DNA of 33,801 nucleotides from Chloroflexota bacterium (lineage in GTDB: Bacteria > Chloroflexota > Limnocylindria > Limnocylindrales > CSP1-4), in NCBI GenBank assembly GCA_031395155.1, contig JANNUK010000352.1, positions 1-33,801 on the forward strand, read 5' to 3'. Below the pieces are notes generated by a model. It was not told the origin of the DNA. It saw nothing but the letters and a program-made list of their open reading frames with translations, and ran no database searches. Positions within the stretch are counted from its first letter, which is position 1. Every line of letters begins with the position of its first letter. The translations under genes were made by a program, and so were the position numbers. Shown one piece after another: positions 30,736 to 33,801 of the stretch.

Positions 30736-31494
30736 TCAGGCGGACCGCCAGACGAAGCGGGTGGGTCGGACCTGGATGATCATCCGGTCAGCGCTGGCGC
30801 GCATCTCCTCCCAGCGTCGAACCACGTCGTCTTCAGCCAGATACTTGGCGAGGAGGAGCAGCATCTCGGCCTCGACCTGGTCTCCGTAGAGAACCGCGGC
30901 CACGCCGGTGACGGCGACCGATGCCTCGGACGCCGCGTCCTCCACCAGCAGGCTGACGCGTGGATCCCGTTCGACGTTGGATGCCCGGAGCGTGAATTGC
31001 TGGGCGGGGAGGTGGAGCGTGGTCCCATCCCAGCGGTAGATGGACGTGGTGATGTGGGGCGCACCCGCCGGATCGTTGACGGCGAGCGCGATCTTGGGCA
31101 TCCCGGCCAGGAAGTCATGTTGGTCGGGCGTCAGGGCAAGCACCGGGTCCAGGGCGACGGGCGGCGGCGAGGCTGCCGCGACGATGGGTGGGGCTGCCGC
31201 CGCGACGGGTGGAGCCACCATCTGCGGCGTCGTCATCGTCGGGTTCTCCTGGTCAGGCGGCGGGTCGAGGCTGAGAGCCGCCGCATCACCGGCAGCGAAG
31301 ACCGATCGCCGAATCATCGATGAGAATCCGGCGACCCGTCCGGCCGTCCAGGCAGCGTCCCTCGAAATGTTTTGGAGGAAGGCCCGCCGATCGGACGCCG
31401 CATCGGGCCCGGTCTCAGCCTCGCCTGCGGTGGATCCCACGGGATCGGCATCCGAGGCGGTGTCCGGATCTGGCTCACCTGGTTGGTCGGTCAC
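30736..31494 (-). CDS. PPOX-fold (probable F420/flavin-binding) domain protein with a ~120-aa low-complexity N-terminal extension
   Basis: The GTG at 31494 is preceded by AGAGG with a 6-nt spacer. The C-terminal ~130 aa (LTPDQHDFLAGMPKIALAVNDPAGAPHITTSIYRWDG...RDPRVSLLVED...MIIQVRPTRFVW) resemble PPOX-class enzymes. The N-terminal part is D/P/A-rich with SDRRAFLQNI and a Pro/Ala tract. An internal ATG (MTTPQM...) is an alternative start. Confidence 0.6.
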   Translation of the reverse strand: MTDQPGEPDPDTASDADPVGSTAGEAETGPDAASDRRAFLQNISRDAAWTAGRVAGFSSMIRRSVFAAGDAAALSLDPPPDQENPTMTTPQMVAPPVAAAAPPIVAAASPPPVALDPVLALTPDQHDFLAGMPKIALAVNDPAGAPHITTSIYRWDGTTLHLPAQQFTLRASNVERDPRVSLLVEDAASEASVAVTGVAAVLYGDQVEAEMLLLLAKYLAEDDVVRRWEEMRASADRMIIQVRPTRFVWRSA

Positions 31495-31577
31495 GTTAGG
31501 CCTCTGATCGATATTCGACGCGTCGATTCCCCTCGTGCAGCAACGTGAGCCTATCCGGCTGACGTCGGTCGCTCAAG

Positions 31578-31616
31578 GAAGGATTCGAAGCCTTCGATCT
31601 CCGATCAAGAGTCAGA
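31578..31616 (-). pseudogene. Decayed tRNA 3'-fragment (T-arm plus part of anticodon arm), copy 1
   Basis: aggattcgaaGccttcgatctcc-gatcAagagtcag aligns with the better copy at 31729-31765. The T-stem GAAGG/CCTTC is intact, but the T-loop has one extra nt, the anticodon stem cannot pair, and there is no acceptor or D arm. Confidence 0.4.
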
Positions 31617-31715
31617 CGCCCGAAGCAGGTCCCGCGAGCCACAGCAATGTGAGCGAGGAGGACCGCTATCTCCGTCCGTTCCGATCGGAGGGAATCGGTC
31701 GTCAGACAGAGGGCT

Positions 31716-31791
31716 TGGCTGGCGAGACAGGATTCGAACCTTCGATCTCCTGATCCAGAGTCAGGTGACCGATTTTCGCGATTCCTCGCTC
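31716..31791 (-). pseudogene. tRNA-Gln(CUG)-like remnant: authentic-looking 3' two-thirds, non-tRNA 5' third
   Basis: Reverse complement: ...CCTGA-CTCTGGA-TCAGG (anticodon arm, U33, CUG, purine 37), AGATC, GAAGG-TTCGAAT-CCTGT (T arm with one A.G mismatch), then CTCGCCA-G-CCA (A72 and G73 as in bacterial tRNA-Gln, with encoded CCA). The 76-nt register fits. However, positions 10-25 cannot form a D stem and only 5 of 7 acceptor pairs form. I therefore do not call a functional tRNA. Confidence 0.45.
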
Positions 31792-31836
31792 GTCGTGAGC
31801 ACGAAACCGACCGATTTCCGCCCCGAATCCTACCGA

Positions 31837-31890
31837 GTCTGGTGACCTGACGCAAACGCGGTCAGGTGACCTTGGGCGGGTCACCTGACT
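31837..31890. repeat. Cluster of GTCAGGTSACC(TGAC) palindromic units, including an 11-bp perfect hairpin
   Basis: The units are gtcTggtgacctgac (31837-31851, 14/15 palindrome), gtcaggtgacc (31861-31871) and its exact complement ggtcacctgac (31879-31889) with a 7-nt loop. The same 11-mer is at 31760-31770 inside the tRNA-like remnant. The cluster lies about 125 nt downstream of the lipoprotein stop, so the hairpin may also act as its terminator. Confidence 0.6.
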
Positions 31891-32012
31891 CGCTGGGCTC
31901 CGCGTCATCGACCGGGGCCGATCAGTTGGTCGGGACGAATGGAGGGGCACCGGCCATGACGGTGATCCCGAATCTGCTCGTGACGCGCCCTGACCCGCTC
32001 CGAGCTCGGTCC

Positions 32013-33416
32013 CTATCGTTGCCCGACGAACTCTCCGGCCGGCGAAAAGACGAGCGTCTCGTGCTCCGGGTCTTCGCAGGTCGGAAGCTCAAATGACGGC
32101 TCGCAGGTGACGTCGGCGACGAGCCGGCCGCGTTCGTCGACCGCGAGGTGGGTCGTGCGGGTCTGCTCCCCGAGTCCGACGGGCCAGCCGCGGACGACCG
32201 CGCCCGCAGGATCGATCGCGGTGAGCGAGCCTTCCGCGAGTGCCACGTACAGGGTCCCGTCGGGCCCGAATGCGGGGCGGATGAGACCGGCGCACGCCAC
32301 GTCGCCCATCTGGCACCGGGTCTCCACCTCGCCACCGAGTGGCACCGGCCAGCCGCGCGCTACGTCGCCGTCCAGATCGAGGACGATGGCGTGATCCTGA
32401 CCATCGGAGATCGGAAGAAGGAATACGAGGCGTCCGCCCGGAGCGAGCTCCGGCGCCACCGGCAACGGCAGCTCGTAGGGCCACCCGTCGGCGTTCTTGC
32501 CGTCGGCGAGGAGCCGCCACGCGTTGCCGGACGCGCTGGCAAACGCGATCGACCCGTCGCCAAGGATGACCGCGTGTGACGCGGCGCCGACCGATCCGCG
32601 TGGCCAGCCCGGACGGACGCCTCCGTCCGCGCCGTACATGGCAAATTCGGTCCTCGCGGCCACCAGCTCAATCGCCGGCTCGACGCCTTCGTAGCCCCAG
32701 GCGAGAGTCCGACCGTCCGACCCAATCGCGAAGCCTCGGCAGCCGTTACCGCCGATCCCATCGACCCCGGGCGGATCGCCCGGGAACGGCTGAGGCCATC
32801 CGGCGACGCGGCGACCTACGGGCGTCAGGACGTGGAGGCGCGCTGCGGTCTCGTCCGCGACTGCGACGACGATCGTCCCGTTGGGCTTGATGGCAAGGGA
32901 CGAGCCTTCATCCCCGCAGCCAACCGTAAAGCGGTTCTCGTAGACGGATGCCGTCGAGCCCGGCAGCGAGAGCGGCCAGCCGACGACCGCGTTCGCCCCG
33001 GCGTCGAAGGCGTGAACGAGCATGCCGTCCGGACTGTCGCACGCGGCATAGGCCACGCCGCCCGGCGACTTGGCCGTCCCGCGGCACCGCCCGGGCAGGA
33101 GGACGGGCCAGCCAGGCTCGTCACCGGCCGGTTCCGGGACATAGGTGACGCGGCACGCATCGTCGCCCGAGCAGTCGAGGGCGTGCCACTCGACGCCGTC
33201 GGTCGGGAACCCGTTGGTCGGCAACTCGGCCGACGGGGTCGGCAGCGAGCCCGAGGGAGACACTTCGAGTGTCGCTGCGGGCGATGCCGACGATGGTGGA
33301 GGCCCGGACGGTCCCGGGCGGACCGATGGCGCAGGCGCGACCGTGCACGATGCGAACAGGGCAGCAAGCAGGATCGTCCCGACCCTGATCCAGCGGGAGG
33401 GCGGGGCCGAAGGCAT
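32013..33416 (-). CDS. Lipoprotein with seven GWP-motif repeats (beta-propeller-like), Cys-rich
   Basis: From ORF 32013..33701. The ATG at 33416 gives MPSAPPSRWIRVGTILLAALFASC (signal plus lipobox) and then a Pro/Ser linker. There are seven spaced GWP motifs: PGWPVLLPG, VGWPLSLPG, AGWPQPFPG, PGWPRGSVG, DGWPYELPL, RGWPVPLGG and RGWPVGLGE. Each is followed by a xDG[ST][ILV] strand. I recognise no named family. Confidence 0.65.
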   Translation of the reverse strand: MPSAPPSRWIRVGTILLAALFASCTVAPAPSVRPGPSGPPPSSASPAATLEVSPSGSLPTPSAELPTNGFPTDGVEWHALDCSGDDACRVTYVPEPAGDEPGWPVLLPGRCRGTAKSPGGVAYAACDSPDGMLVHAFDAGANAVVGWPLSLPGSTASVYENRFTVGCGDEGSSLAIKPNGTIVVAVADETAARLHVLTPVGRRVAGWPQPFPGDPPGVDGIGGNGCRGFAIGSDGRTLAWGYEGVEPAIELVAARTEFAMYGADGGVRPGWPRGSVGAASHAVILGDGSIAFASASGNAWRLLADGKNADGWPYELPLPVAPELAPGGRLVFLLPISDGQDHAIVLDLDGDVARGWPVPLGGEVETRCQMGDVACAGLIRPAFGPDGTLYVALAEGSLTAIDPAGAVVRGWPVGLGEQTRTTHLAVDERGRLVADVTCEPSFELPTCEDPEHETLVFSPAGEFVGQR

Positions 33417-33466
33417 ACGACGGACCTCGTGGGGCGTGGGAACGCTGATGAGACGCGCAACCCCGG

Positions 33467-33801
33467 TCAATGTGGCACGAGAGGCGACGTCGGCTTCTGC
33501 CACACGGAAACCTGTTCGCGGCTCTCGGCTGTGAACGGCTGGCGCTTCCAGCTTGACCAGCGCTCGCGGAGCTCCATCCCGGCGAGCAGCGCCATCAGGT
33601 CGAGCTCGGCGGGCCAGGCGTAACGGAACGGGATCGAGCGGCGCTCGAAGTGGTCCCAGCGGTACGTCACGCTGCTCGATGCCGACCTCCGCGCCGCGCA
33701 CAAGCGCTTCTCGCCGGGCGACGACCTCGCCCGGCTCGGCGGCGTTCGCCCGGCGAGGCCACCGCGTCTCATGCCCGAGCGAAGGCCCGCGAGACGATCG
33801 C
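33467..33801 (-). CDS. Class I SAM-dependent methyltransferase-like C-terminal region (partial; possibly frameshifted or a remnant)
   Basis: From ORF 33467..33772. ...VTYRWDHFERRSIPFRYAWPAELDLMALLAGMELRERWSSWKRQPFTAESREQVSVWQK resembles the C-terminal end of many small-molecule methyltransferases. Upstream of about 33665 the same frame becomes R/S/G-rich (RRGGLAGRTPPSRARSS), while another minus frame reads GEVVARREALVRGAEVGIEQRDV. GC3 in 33481-33600 is visibly lower than in neighbouring genes. Confidence 0.4.
   Translation of the reverse strand, partial: DRLAGLRSGMRRGGLAGRTPPSRARSSPGEKRLCAARRSASSSVTYRWDHFERRSIPFRYAWPAELDLMALLAGMELRERWSSWKRQPFTAESREQVSVWQKPTSPLVPH

Noticed and set aside
31716-31791. 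Calling a functional tRNA-Gln gene.
   Set aside because: The anticodon arm, T-loop and 3' end look right. However, positions 10-25 cannot form a D stem, acceptor pairs 1-72 and 2-71 fail, and the T stem has an A.G mismatch. It is therefore reported as a remnant only.
31496-32096. Small ORFs in the non-coding patch (31496..31855 -, 31702..31950 -, 31866..32096 +).
   Set aside because: Their translations include read-through of the tRNA-like T-arm (..EGSNPVSP..). They are R/S-rich, lack an RBS and fall in the lower-GC repeat region, so they are not credible genes.
1-33801. CRISPR arrays, rRNA genes, IS elements, transposases, integrases, toxin-antitoxin pairs or known defence-system genes.
   Set aside because: I saw no direct-repeat/spacer arrays. 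No ORF has DDE, tyrosine- or serine-recombinase, nuclease/helicase or other defence-type signatures. Every sizeable ORF is accounted for by metabolic, transport or surface proteins.
33603-33801. A plus-strand gene at the right edge (frame reading ..YVTLLDADLRAAHKRFSPGDDLARLGGV..).
   Set aside because: The frame has a TAA at 33621-33623 and then no ATG/GTG/TTG start until 33770. It shares its wobble position with the minus-strand methyltransferase frame, so its protein-like look is most simply a shadow effect. The ambiguity is noted under the frameshift finding.

Overview
This is a high-GC bacterial chromosomal window that is densely coding. I call 28 CDSs. Many use GTG or TTG starts, and many adjacent genes have 1-4 nt stop/start overlaps. 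I saw no rRNA, CRISPR array, transposase or integrase. The long ORFs lying antisense to the calls are high-GC shadow ORFs.

Gene content is an accessory-looking uptake and catabolism island in two parts.

(A) 1.2-11.7 kb:
- an LLM/F420-type oxidoreductase plus Gfo/Idh/MocA pair
- a D-aminoacylase, a DSD1-like PLP enzyme and an XRE-cupin regulator
- a Gfo - FAH - Gfo - HpcH aldolase - HD-domain operon

(B) 11.7-30.7 kb:
- a cytoplasmic BNR/sialidase-like protein plus an AstE/AspA-type deacylase
- a lone xanthine-dehydrogenase-family molybdopterin subunit coupled to an unknown 207-aa ORF
- a CUT1-type ABC importer with a fused double permease, a Tat-lipoprotein binding protein and two unlinked paralogous ATPases
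- SDR, PPOX/F420, Gfo and 2-hydroxyacid dehydrogenases
- a MetE-like protein that seems to lack its zinc ligands
- a secreted CRTAC1 (FG-GAP/ASPIC-UnbV) and PAP2/vanadium-haloperoxidase-like pair

The most interesting signal is a 20-bp palindromic operator-like motif (consensus G-N3-ATTGTCGACAATC-N-AC). It occurs six times, always intergenic, in front of essentially every transcription unit of part B and never in part A. No obvious cognate regulator is encoded in the window.

The right end (31.5-32.0 kb) is a lower-GC non-coding patch. It holds two decayed tRNA-Gln(CUG) 3' fragments and a cluster of GTCAGGTSACC palindromes, possibly a relic integration site or island border. It is followed by a Cys-rich lipoprotein with seven GWP repeats and a methyltransferase-like remnant.

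The F420-type enzymes, lipoboxes with Pro/Ala/Thr linkers and the codon bias suggest an Actinomycetota- or Chloroflexota-like host. That is inference only.
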